A stretch of DNA of 64,000 nt. Source: the human T2T-CHM13v2.0 reference genome, Homo sapiens. The position numbers were made by a program, and so were the translations under genes. Below, one piece after another: positions 12,111 through 24,339 of this stretch (the first letter of the stretch is position 1; every line of letters begins with the position of its first letter). The stretch lies in NCBI RefSeq assembly GCF_009914755.1, contig NC_060942.1; one strand, given 5' to 3'. The notes below the pieces were generated by a model, which saw nothing but the letters and a program-made list of their open reading frames with translations, was not told where the DNA came from and did not search any database.

Positions 12111-14709
12111 CCAGGGACTATTGTAAACACAGGAGGAAGTAAAAAATATACAAAAGCAAGTATCAAATTTTATTGATAGAATGTTTTGTGAGTTATAAAG
12201 GGAATATAAACACATATGTATTCAAACACAAATAAATTGTGTGTGTATATTCAAGTTTTAAAAGGTAGTTTCAGCTTTACATAATAGTATTACGACTTAA
12301 TAAATCAGTAAAAATTATTAACACACTAAATTTTTATTGTAGACTTTCACCAATTTATTAAACTCTATTAAGGGGAAAGAGGAAAGGTCCTAAAATGTCC
12401 TTAATTTCACAGAGAGCATTAGGATTATATCTGTGCTATAGCTGATGTATAGGCTTCACTTTAGTTTGCCTTCCAGATAGGAGGGGGAAGCACAGAGGGG
12501 AATGATAGCTAGCAATGTTGTATTAATACTGATCCTGATTATTGTATTTCCCAATGCAGCTCTCATTTGCTGAATTAAAAATTATCTAATAATTTAGATA
12601 ATTAGCTTGCATTTCAGATGAACCCAGTGTCCCTTTATGAGACTTTTATTATTTTTGTTGTGACAGTGATTATGGTGATGTTTAACATTTGTTTTTCTCT
12701 AACTAAGTCACAAATACTCAGCAGCTGACTTTTAAAAGTGATCAGTATTTTACATAGAAGATTCAGGGAAGCACTGGTTCTTGAATCTCTGATTTGGGCC
12801 TTAGATATGTCTCCTTCATGAAACAAAGGCCTCTAGATACTAAATAGACTCATGAGATATTCCAAGCTGCATCTAGCTGATAGATGTTAGAGAAAGCCTG
12901 TAGTCCTCTCTATGGGCTTCGCAGCGATTCACTATCCTAAACAATTATGATTTTATTTTTAGTATTTGGTGAAGTAACAAGAGCAAAAGATTAATGTATA
13001 TTCAATCTCTACAGTATTTTAACAAGCCAATTAAACCAGATATGTTTATTTTTAAAATACTCTGTGTGTACATGTGTGTTTCTCAGTAAAACTCTGGAAT
13101 CAATCTCTCCACTGACTGCCCAATCCTGTGGCTTAATGAGAAGTTCAACAATGCAACAAATATACATGTGAAATCTACTCTTTGTTTGCCATGCAGTTTT
13201 CTATGTTCTTGGGAATTATTCATCAGTAAAACTGATAATGATTTATAGCAAAAACACAGAGTTGATAATTACCACTTCTCTCAACTCCAGAATTGTAGTT
13301 GTGAGTTGTCTCACTCCTGCTAGCATCAAGTATGGCTTTATATTCAGCATGCCCTTGGTGGGGCAGCTCCATAGTCTGTGTTTGTCCCATGGTCACCACT
13401 TTGTGCTATGAAGTTTAAGCCATTTAAGTTTAGGTTTATCCTTTCAACAAGATAGTGATAAATCAATTACAAAAGTATATCGAGAGGAGAAACCACCATA
13501 AGAAAGCATTTGATCTCTTGATTTTCACATATGATATAATAATAGGACAACTCAACTAACACTGATGAACGTTTTCCATAATGTCTGAAGTCCAAAGAAG
13601 TTGATCTCATGAGTTTTCTATGTTATGGTTACGTCCAATACTGCATATAATTTTTTTCTGAAATGCTTGAAAGTTGTATGTGTTCTAAAGTATATTGATT
13701 CAGACAGAATTAATGTGATAATGAACGGAAAGACAATTGATGGTTTTCTGTATTTCTTGTGACAAGATCCTGCCTGAACTGTAGTAGTTAGGAAACTCTT
13801 TTAATTTTGAAAAATTAGAAATAATTAAAGAAGTGTCAAATAGGCAATGCCTGGCTCTTTAGATGCAAAGAAAAAATAGATTATAATTAGCATGCTCCTT
13901 ATTTGATGTTTTTGTAAACTTTGGAATGAGTTTATTCTCAGAACTTTTAACCTGATAAAATAACAGTTTGCCAATATTTTTGTTATGGCTGCAACAACTG
14001 TTGGAAATTTAATTGGCATGGTGCTACGTTAATTCATTTTATAATTTATAAATGCACTGGCAAGCTTATTATTAATTTTAATGCCATTATTCCCAAAACA
14101 ACTAGCTGTAATCAAACTCTTTACTGAGTCTTGGCGACCTTGCCAATACAAGAAACTGGTTATTCGGATTACTTTTTTTTAGCCAAGAGTCCAGCACTTT
14201 GTTTTCAGTGGGCCATCCTTCCTTAAAACATTTATGAGTAAAGCATACAATTTTTTAGAAATAGATAGAAAAAAATGTGTTTGTTCTAGAAACGAATCAG
14301 CTGTGACTGATTGGAGTATAGATTTATAGTGTCCTTCCCTATATTTCTTAATGCCTTCATATATAGTTACCTACAGCCAGAGTTGTTTTGTTGTCAAATA
14401 TATATATATATGTGTGTGTATCTTATTGTAATAATAATAAAAGTAGCTAAAAATACATTTTTTCTGTAACATTTCTGGAACCATTCTGGAACTGGTACAA
14501 GGAAGCAAAGTATCTATTTTCTTTACTACATTCATATTATATGGTTACATAAAGTTCAAGAAACTGGTCATCAAAAGTCATTGAGGAGTACAGGCCACAG
14601 TGTGCTAACAATAATTAAGAAACTTATGAGGAAATTTTAAAACTGTGATTGTGAAGCCAGTATAATTATATGTTTTAGCATATATATACGCAAATATATA
14701 TAAATGCAA

Positions 14710-14910
14710 AGACTGAACCTGTATGTAAACTGTAGTATTTGGGTGATAGTGATGTGCCAGTTCATTAATTGTAGCAAATGTCTCACTCTGGTGGGAAATG
14801 TTGGTAATGGGGGAAGCTATGCATGTGTTCAGAAAGAAGGTGTATGGGAAATCTCTGTACCTTCTTCTCAACTTTGCTGTGAACCTAAAACTTCTCTAAA
14901 AAAAAAGTCT
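14710..14910 (+). mobile_element. L1MC1/L1MC2-type 3' end
   Basis: TATGGGAAATCTCTGTACCTTCTTCTCAACTTTGCTGTGAACCTAAAACT..CTAAAAAA. Confidence 0.8.
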
Positions 14911-14914
14911 CTAA

Positions 14915-15075
14915 ATATGTATGTATGTATGTGTGTGTATATATACATATATATACACACACATGTATATACATATACATTTATATACATACACACATAT
15001 ACACATATACATTTATATATATAACACATATATATATAAAATGTGTGTATACACACAGACACACATACATCACAT
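14915..15075. repeat. Long compound (TA/TG/CA) microsatellite
   Basis: About 160 bp of mostly alternating purine-pyrimidine sequence. Confidence 0.9.
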
Positions 15076-15589
15076 ATCCTTATAGAAAGTTAAGAAATGT
15101 GTCACTTGCACTGCTCCTTTTATAAAAGTAATAATGTACCCCTCTGCAACTCAGCAGAAAACTTTCATGGTCAGGATACTCAGGATTTTTCAAGACGAGT
15201 AACTAAAACTAGGTAGATATCTAGAGTTTAATATTAAAAATTCCACTTCCAGAAATAAGCATCCAGGTAATTTCAAAAACCTTCATTCTGAGAACAAATA
15301 AAATATACTTAAAATAAAAATATCAATTTGAAGGTATCTAAGAGCCGACAAGGCAGGGAGAATTTGCAGGACTAACATCAAAAGAGAAGAGATGTCAAGA
15401 AGGTTGTTCTCAACATTTCTTGGCCTTTTTCCTCTCCAGGGCATTACAGATCAAAAAGAATTAACTAAAGGAGTGAGCAAAAATGATAATATTCAATTTT
15501 GTTATGAATAAATCAAACAAGAATGCATAAGATGGATCATCGCTCCCTGAAAAACATTGAAATGTTGAATGAGCAATGCATTTTTAAAA

Positions 15590-16740
15590 TATTAACAAAC
15601 ATTTATTAACCACCTACTATTTGCTAGGATCTGTTCTGGATATTATGGATATATCAGTTAACTAAGCAGCCAAGAACCTAAGAATTCATGGAATTTAATA
15701 TTGTGGCTTATAGAAAGAGCCAAGAAACAAAATAATAAAGCAAAACATAAACGATGGTAGAAAATAACTTGGGAGTTAGAAGGCATAGAAGGAGAATACA
15801 CATTGCAAGCAGCTGTAATTTTAAGTGGGTGTGTTAGGAAAGATGTGAAAGTAACATGTGAGCAGAGATCTGAAGAATGTGAGAGAGTGAGACTTGAGGC
15901 TATCAGAAGAGAACTATCCAGTCAGAGGGACTAGCAATGCACACACCCTCAAATGACAGTGTGTCCTTGGCGTTTAAGTTACTAGGAGACCAGTGCAAGT
16001 GAGGGAAGTAAGCGAGAGGGAATTATTAGGAAAAAAATACTGGGAATGAATTACTAGGTCTTGTTAGTTATCGCAGATCATCGGCTTCGAATTTGAGTGA
16101 GATGGAAGCCACTGAGTGTTTTTAGGAAGGGAAATAACTGACTATATGTGACAGGGCAGAGTGGTTATGTTGAATATGGACTGAAAGAGGGCACAAGCAG
16201 GGACAATGATTGAATTTTTCAGCTAAGAGATGATGGTGTCTCCGCCCAGGACATAACCATTTTCTCATTAAAAGTGAATAGAGATAGGATATACTTCGAG
16301 GGTAGAGCCTATAGAATTTTCTGATTGAGAGAAGTGCACTTTGAGAAAAACAGGAATATGACGATGATTCTAACTTTTTGCCCTGATGAACTGAAACGAT
16401 GATATTGCCAGTGTATGTGATGGAGAGAAAGCACAGTTCTCAAGTAGTTCAGACAGGATCTAAACTTTTAACGTGTAAAGATGTGATGCCTAGTCAATGT
16501 CTCGGTGAACAAGTCAAGTAGGCAGTTGCTTATAGGAGTTAGTAAATCAGGGGAAAGTTTGTAAACATAGATATAAATTTTGGAGTCACTGGCATAGGCA
16601 TGTTATACAAATATATTAGACCAAACGCAATCACCAAAGGAGTCAATATGGGAAAGAAAAAATAAGCCAGAGTCCTCCATCTTAATTTTAAAATGTTGGA
16701 GACTGAGAAGAAGCTGCCGAAAATAGAGAAAATACTCAAA
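15590..16740 (-). mobile_element. L2 (L2a-like) fragment
   Basis: AACAAACATTTATTAACCACCTACTAT; TGAGTGAGATGGAAGCCACTGAG; AGTAGGCAGTTG; GGAGTCA. Confidence 0.75.
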
Positions 16741-16769
16741 AGGAACTAACTACACTGAGATGGATCTTT

Positions 16770-17392
16770 TTAAAAAATAAAAACTATTTTAAGTTCAAGG
16801 GTACATGTGCAGGTTTGTTATACAGGTAAACTCATGTCACGGGGGTTTGTGGTACAGATTGTTTCATTACCAAGGCACTAAGGCTAGTACCCAATAGTTA
16901 TTTTTTCTGATCCACTCCCTCCTCCCATCTTCACCCTCAGGTAGACTCTGGTCTCTGTTGTTCCTTTCTATGTCCAAGTGTTCTTATCATTTAGCTCCCA
17001 CTTATGAGAACATGCAGTATTTGGTTTTCTGTTCCCGCATTAGTTTGCTAAGGATAATGGCCTCTAGCTGCATGCATATTCCTGCAAAGGACATTATCTC
17101 ATTTTATAGCTGCATAATCTTCCCTGGTGGTTATGTGCCACATTTTCTTTATCCAGCCTACTATGGATGAGCATTTAGGTTGACTCCATATCTTTGCTAT
17201 TGTGAATAGTGCTGCAGTGAACATATGCATGCATGTGTCTTTATGATAGAACGATTTATATTCCTTTGGGTATATACCCAGTAATGAGATGGTGGGGTCG
17301 AATGGCAGTTCTATTTTAAGTTATTTGAGGAATCATCTTGTTGCTTTCCACAATGGTTGAACTAATTTACGTTCCCACCAGCGGTGAATAAG
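16770..17392 (-). mobile_element. L1PA15/16-type 3' end
   Basis: GGGTACATGTGCAGGTTTGTTATACAGGTAAACTCATGTCACGGGGGTTTG..; degraded possible TSD CTGAGATGGATCTTT / CTGAACTGGATTCTTT. Confidence 0.85.
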
Positions 17393-18926
17393 CTGAACTG
17401 GATTCTTTACTCCAGATAGTCTGAGAAGCTCTGTTCTAGTAGACTGTCTCCTTGCAGGTCTCTAATCATTTTTCCTTCAGGCTTATGGGGATTCACTACC
17501 AACCTTTTCTAATCCAGAGATTAGACCTCACACTTTGTCTCCTGACATGATCATCTTATAAATAGTACCTTTTGGAAAAAGAATCAAGTGAATCATCCAT
17601 TTCTTCCTCGGGCCTAAACAATTTAATTTTTATTTTAATATGAAACTTGTTATTGCTTTTAGCTGAACAAATATGCAATTCTTGGTAGAGGTTGAAATAA
17701 GCTCACATATATTTTATTTTCAAGTGAAATAAGTCCATTTCCATCCTGCCTGGCTCACAGAGCTTGTTAAACAAAAAGAAATTCGCTTTCATGTATGGAG
17801 TTGAAAACTGCAGCAAAATGTACATTGTTTTCACTGAAATCCAAAACTTGTCTAGAGGCAGATCAATATTTCTCATCTGGAGTACATTCATAATGAGATT
17901 TTACCTCACAAAATTCTTTGTCTTCTCACAGTGTCAATTTCTGAGGCCAAGCAGAAGTTTCACTGAACAGGTCTGTCATCTGGTTTCACACTTGTGTTGA
18001 AAAGCGGGAATATATTTTTCAGTTTAGTCCTGAAATTCTTTTAAGTGGTTTGGTTTTCAGCAAGATTTGAGACTTCCTGATACCCTCTTCACTCTGAAGC
18101 CCACATGAGAATGGAAATATTTCAAAATTTCCTATTGAAACGTGTCCTTCCAAAGATTGGATTTCCTTCTACATCCACGTAAAGTTAAAACATTTTCTCT
18201 TGTCTCATTTAGAGACTACCCATCTGGTTGATTTGATGAGCCATTTTTGCTAAGTGGGCTACATCCAAAGCTGCCTTCAGTCTTCAAAGCAAACAAAATA
18301 CGTGTTGTACTATTTTCCTGGAAGTGTTCCAGCAATTCACCTTTCCCTTAAAATATCCTGGGGAGAAATCTTTCTCTGCTAAGCCACTCATTTATTCAAT
18401 GTAGCAGAAGAATTATGCATTCTCTATTATGATTTCCACATAATTGTTTGACAGACTTAATTGATCAGCCCTTGACTGTTTCATAACATCATCCCAAACT
18501 ATTTTTTTAAATTTCATACCCAAGAGTTTTTGACAAGAGCATCTTTCTGCAAAGAAAACATTCTGTTTCAAAAAATCAGGACTTTAATTTTACTTTTTCA
18601 TCCAGAGAGGTGAAACTTGTTGCAGAAACAAACATTGATGGGCACCATGAAAGCAGATGCCAATGCAGATTTTCCAAGATATATCTTTTGTGTGTAGATA
18701 TAAAAATAAAACATAAATCATACCTACCCCTCTCATTGTTTGGGGCAGCTCATTACAATGGAAAATAATGTTGAATTTCACCATTGTTGGCAAATTTTAC
18801 AAACACTACAATGTGACATTTATTGATAAAATCATTTGGATTATTAAGTTAAGTATATTAATTATTTTTAGTTGATCACACTGAACTTCCTTAGCATTGT
18901 CAGTGTGTTCAATACATTTATGGTAC

Positions 18927-20099
18927 TGTGTCCGGAACTGGTGGGTTCCTGGTCTCGCTGACTTCAAGAATGAAGCCGGGGACCCTCGCGGTGAGTGTTA
19001 CGGTTCTTAAAGATGGTGTGTCCGGAGTTTGTTCCTTCAGATGTTCAGATGTGTCTGGAGCTTCTTCCTTCTGGTGGGTTCGTCGTCTCACTGACTTCAG
19101 GAGTGAAGCTGCAGACCTTCACTGTGAGTGTTACAGCTCTTAAAGGCGGCACGTCTAGAGTTGTTCGTTCCTTCCGGTGGGTTCGTGGTCTCGCTGGCCT
19201 CAGGAGTGAAGCCGCAGACCTTCACAGTGAGTGTTGCAGCTCATAAAGGCAGCATGGACCCAAAGAGTCAGTAGCAGCAAGACTTATTGTGAAGAGTGAA
19301 AGTACAAAGCTTCCACAGTGTGGAAGGTGACCCCAAGCGGTTGCCGCTGCTGGCTCAGGTGGCCTGCTTTTATTCCCTTATCTGGCCCCACCAACATCTT
19401 GCTGATTGGTCTATTTTACAGAGAGCTGATTGGTCCATTTTATAGAGAGCTGATTGGTCCGTTTTGACAGCGTGCTGATTGGTGCATTTACAATCCTTAA
19501 GCTAGACAGAGTGCTTATTGGTGTGTTTACAATCCTTTAGCTAGACACAAAAGTTGTTCAAGTCCCCAGCAGACTTTTAGCTAGACACAAAGTGCTGATT
19601 GGTGTGGTTACAAACCTTTAGCTAGACACAGAGTGCTGATTGGTGCATTTATAAACCTCTAGCTAGACAGAGTGCTGATTGGTGCGTTTACAATCCTTTA
19701 GCTAGACAGAAAAGTTCTCCAAGTCCCCACCCGACCCAGAAGCCCAACCAGCTTCACCTTTCAATAGCATTTCCCAGGGGACTTTGCGGCACCTCTCCCG
19801 GGCACTCCGGCAGCCCAGAGGGAGCTGGTCCCCCCATCAAGCCCAGCAGGCGCCAGCCGGCCGTGCTGAATGCAGGGCCCACGGAGCCCGCGCCCACCCG
19901 GAACCCGCGCGCGCCCAGGCTCTCCCTCCACACCTCCCCGCTAGCAGAGGGAGCCGGCTCCGGCCTTGGCCAGCCCCAGAGAGGGGTCCCCATAGTACAG
20001 CGGCAGGCTGAAGGGCTCCTCGAGCCCGGTCAGAACAGACACCGAGGCTGAGGAGCAACCCAGAGCGAGCGAGGGCTGCTAGCACGTTGCCACCTTTCA
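18927..20099 (-). mobile_element. Solo ERV9 LTR (LTR12B/LTR12-type), 1173 bp
   Basis: Minus strand starts TGAAAGGTGGCAACGTGCTAGCAGCCCTCGCTCGC and ends TCCGGACACA; perfect 4-bp TSD GTAC (18923-18926, 20100-20103); CCAAT-containing subrepeats; GC/CpG-rich 5' part. Confidence 0.95.
19345..19690 (-). promoter_or_regulatory. LTR12 U3 promoter/enhancer
   Basis: Eight CCAAT boxes (ATTGG on +, about 19400-19690), GATA site AGATAAG (19377-19383) and TATA-like AATAAAA (19368-19374), as in characterised ERV9 LTRs. Confidence 0.65.
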
Positions 20100-21779
20100 G
20101 TACTGTTTGAGAGTGGGATCTTTTCGTGTTCTCACACTGCATTTTGTCCTAATATTTTATTCAGTCTAATTTATATGTGAATTTCTTTACCAGTTGTGTT
20201 ATGTCTTGTCTTTTTTGTTTTGTTTCCTCTGCTGGGCAAAATTTCTGCTAATAAATAAATTACTTGTTCCCCAACCTTTTTCATAGGAGGTAACTTTTTT
20301 GGTTTAACAAAAATCTTTAAGATCCCAACAGGCTCTCAAAATAATCAGTGCCTTGATTCTTCAGTAGCCCTGGGTTGTGCTTGGGAATTCTTGGCTTTGC
20401 GGGAGCCCTGGGTGCCTTTGTACACTTTTTTCACAGATGGTTCACATTGGGACAGGGCAACGTGGGTTTCTGTCCTATATAAACCCCACTGGTAAGTGGC
20501 CCTGTTTGTAAACCTGGCTTTCATGGTCGCACTCATGAAAGGAGATGCAGCAGATGGGTTGAAATTCTGCATCAATAACCCCATTAGAATTGCCCATTGG
20601 CTGAGACCTGTATTCCTCCTCTTGTGTGTCATATCTTGCCCCAGTAGCACACGTTTGCAAAACCCAGCTCCTATGAAAATATGAGCAGAAATATAATAAG
20701 TAAATGAGAAAACGTCAACAAAATGTTAAACAATGGCAATGAGATTCACCTCTGATCTGTATGATCCATGTCTGCAGGTTGCGCAGTAAGAACATATCAG
20801 CCATGGAGGAGCAGCTGAATTATAGCACAGAAAAAGGCCTTTGTTAGTTTGTAAATTCCCCTCCTACTTTGTTTTACACTAGAAGGCTTTGCCTTGTAAA
20901 CCACAGGTGTGTCAAGGGAGCTTGGGAGAATAATTTTGAAGAGACCAATATTGTCAGCCTATTAATCTGCCTCTTAATCTTTCCTCTGAACAAAGCACCA
21001 CTCACCACCAATCAATGGGCAACTCTCTTTCTTTCCAAAAAAACTAAGAATGAATTTAAGCAAGCAAACATGATTGGAATGCACACTGCCAGGGAGTACT
21101 GAGAGACTTGTAACAAAATAGCTAACAGTGTATCACCCTGAGCATCATGAAACAAGCAAAGTAAAAACAAAGAGTGTTTTTAAAAATCATCATTTCTTCC
21201 AGAAGCCCTTAGAGAATATGGAACCCTAAGGGTTGAACAGAAACCCCATTGAAACACTTTCGCTTAGAGGGAAAAACAGAGTGCATTCTATCTTATTTTT
21301 CTCATTGATGTGTATGTGTGAGTTTTCTGGGGATGGAAGCTGGGGATTTCAATGACACATTTAGTTGAATTGTTCAGGAGTAAAAAGAGGGGAAGGCTGC
21401 ACCAAAAGGAATATAAGATGTACATGACACTCTTTTTTTGCAAATCACTATGAATTAAAGTTGTTTAAATTATTTCAAAGGCAGTATAAACAGATTTGTT
21501 AAGATAGTAGATTTCAAGGTAAACAGCACCGTGTTGTGCAAAAATTCTCAGAGTCTTATCATAGCACTTCATATTATCTGTTGTCTGAAAGTCCATTAGG
21601 GCTGCTCAGTGTGCATGTGTGTGAAAGTGTGTATCGGCATATGCATGTATTTAAACAGCAATTTGGATTACTCGACAATAAAATGTAAATAAATATGTGG
21701 AAAGCAAATGCACCCAGAAACCCAGAAAGGCACCAGGAAATCCAAATTTTCTGGTTTTTCTGATAAGTTTAAGGATGTG

Positions 21780-21813
21780 TCACAGTTCTTAGTGTATCCA
21801 CCAGATGGCGGGC
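21780..21813 (+). promoter_or_regulatory. Candidate CTCF site (core plus upstream module)
   Basis: TCACAGTTCT-N8-CCACCAGATGGCGG; the core fits CCASYAGRKGGCRS at every position; unique sequence. Confidence 0.7.
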
Positions 21814-22767
21814 TTCTACCATTAATCAGTCCACCGTTCCAGATACCCAAACATTTGCGGTGGATTAGTAAGAATGTGTGAACAGCAGTCATCTTTAGAA
21901 GAACATATTATTAATTTAATCACATATTGAAACAAGTAAAATCATTTATAAATATCTTTAATGTTTTGCGAAAATAGCTTTTTGTCTAATTCGTATTTAG
22001 TTTATCTTGAGTTTAGCCAATAAATAAATAAATAAGAACAATTGAAAAGTAAATCTCTCCAGAACACTACCTTAATCTCATCATAATTCTCCATATTTTA
22101 GATCACCAATCTACACTATTTTAATTTACAGAAAAAAAACTCACAAACAAGCAAGCAAAAACTGGCTCAATTGTTTCAATGCTTTTATAATACTTTAGTT
22201 TTAAATAGGGCTTTCAGAATTTCAAAACACTTTCCCCTCATTTGTCCCTCATAATGTTCTCTCAGAAGTAAATCTTGTTTGAGATAAAAAGGTACCCAAG
22301 GGAGTTTACATCCCTTGCTTGTAGTAATACATTTGATTTCAGAATTAGAATCTAGAGTACCCAATCTTAGAACTATGGTGCCTCCTTTCAGTTGTTTTCG
22401 ATTTTTTTTCATGAAATGTTCATAAGTTAAGAAAACAAAATGTAGTAAAGTAATAATCACCAGTGCTTAGATTTATCAAGGGAAATCATAACAAAATGCC
22501 AAATCACAATTTATCAAATCATAACAATTGCAGTATTTCTTCAGTTTTCACATTAATATTATAGAAAGAAATCCAATTATTTCTTCTAAAACCAGGCCTT
22601 TCTCCCATCCCGGAGGTAATATTATGAAGGTAATCACCATTCTAAACTGAGTACTTAGTTCTCATGTGCAACTTTTATAATATTGCTAATATATTTAAGC
22701 ATTTAATTAACCATGTGGATTGTATCATAGTGCATTACTATTTGTGAGGTTCTGCAATATGCATTTA

Positions 22768-23375
22768 CAGTCATGAGCCACATAATGTTTCAGTCAATGA
22801 CTAATTGTTGAAGGTCCTTTAAAGTCACATGCCCTAGGGACCTCTCGATGATCCTGGCCCTGTGTAGGCCTAGGCCAATGAGTACATTTGTGTCCTAGTT
22901 TTCAAAAAAAAAAAAAAAAATAGTTAAAAAAGTAAAAACATAAAAATTTTAAAAAGAGGAAAAAGCATGTAGAATAACGATGCTCAGAAAGAAAATATTT
23001 TTGTGTAGCTATACAATGTGTTTAAGTGTCAAAAGTTTAAAAAATTAACAAGTTTGTAAAGTAAATAAGTTACAGTAAGCTAAAGTTAATGTATTATTGA
23101 AGAAAGAAAAACATTTAAATAAATGTGGTGTAACCTTAGTATACACTGTTTCTAAAGCCTCCAGTATGTGTGTAAAGTGATGTCCTAGACCATCACATTC
23201 TTCACGACTTATACACTATATCACCTAGAGCAACTTCCAGTCCTGCAAGCTCCACTCAGGAGTGCTCTAAGCAGGTGTATCCTTTTTTAAATCTTTTATG
23301 CTGCATTTTTACTCTACATTTTCAATGTTAGTTATATATAGATACACAAATACCATCATGTTACAATTGCCTACA
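22768..23375. mobile_element. Tigger3 (GOLEM) DNA transposon fragment
   Basis: TA|CAGTCATG terminus; CCCTGTGTAGGCCTAGGC; GAGCAACTTCCAGTCCTGCAAGCTCCA; TTACAATTGCCTACA. Confidence 0.85.
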
Positions 23376-23379
23376 TTAG

Positions 23380-23413
23380 GTTGATACATAGTTGATACAT
23401 AAGTTGATACATA
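23380..23413. repeat. Short tandem repeat GTTGATACATA x3
   Basis: Read directly, at the Tigger3 breakpoint. Confidence 0.85.
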
Positions 23414-23811
23414 TACCTCTGTTTCCTTATTTTAGGAAATTATAGAATTTCCTTTTACAACTATGACACCACTATAGATATTCTTGTTAATGTTTTTTTT
23501 ACTTGATTCCTATTTTATAGAAATGTTATAATTGATACTGTTGTGAATATTTGCTTATGAACAGATGTAAGAGTTTTGTGGGGGTTTTCTTGAATGAATA
23601 TATAGAAGTAGAATTGTTGATTACAAGAATAAGTGCATTTTCTACTTTAATGTATATTCCAAATTTACTTCTAAGGCACATGAATTTTATTAAACTTACT
23701 ATCTCTTGGCTATAAGAAACTTCTAAAATTTTGTCCATAAAGTTGTTTGTAGTCATGAATTTCTTGTTTCAAACCAAATAAATACAGTCAGAAGTCCATC
23801 ACGTAAAACAG

Positions 23812-24275
23812 TGTTGTTGGTTGAATTCTGCCACCTTGAAAAGGATATGTTTAAATCCTAACCTCCAGTAACTCAGAATATGGGCTTATTTAGAAATAGG
23901 ATCTTTAGAGAGGTAATCAAGTTAAAAGTAGGTCATTAGGATGAACTCTAATCCCATATGACTGGTGTCCTCAAAAAAAGGGAAATCTGGACATAGAGAT
24001 AAACATTCCCAGAGGGAAGATGATGTAAAGCAACACAGGAGAATGCCATATGGAGATGAAGGAAAGGAACACCGGAAAACGCTGGCATCACACCAAAAGC
24101 TGGAAGAAATTCCCCGACAGGTTTCTGAGAGAGCCTGGCCCAACCAACAGCCAAAATCAACACCTTGATTTAGGACTCCGAGCCTCCAAAACTGTGAGAC
24201 AATATATTTGTGTTGTTCAAAGCCAGTAAGTTTGTGGCACTTGGTTACTACTGGTCCAGAAAACGAAAAGAACAC
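23812..24275 (+). mobile_element. MLT1B/C (MaLR) LTR
   Basis: GGTTGAATT..CCTAACCTCCAGTA..GGTAATCAAGTTAAA..ATGACTGGTGTCCT..GCCTCCAAAACTGTGAGACAAT. Confidence 0.85.
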
Positions 24276-24339
24276 TGCAGGTTTACCGCTCCTTGTGTGC
24301 ACACACTTCCCAGCCGCCGTGCTGTCTAACACGAATCTA

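Noticed and set aside
14704-15125. YIHT/VCVY-rich ORFs
   Set aside because: Microsatellite and L1 3' end translations
19400-19740. Regularly spaced repeats resembling a CRISPR-like array
   Set aside because: Known U3 subrepeats of ERV9/LTR12; no unique spacers; eukaryotic context
19780-20090. CpG-island-like gene promoter
   Set aside because: Lies entirely within the LTR12 5' region
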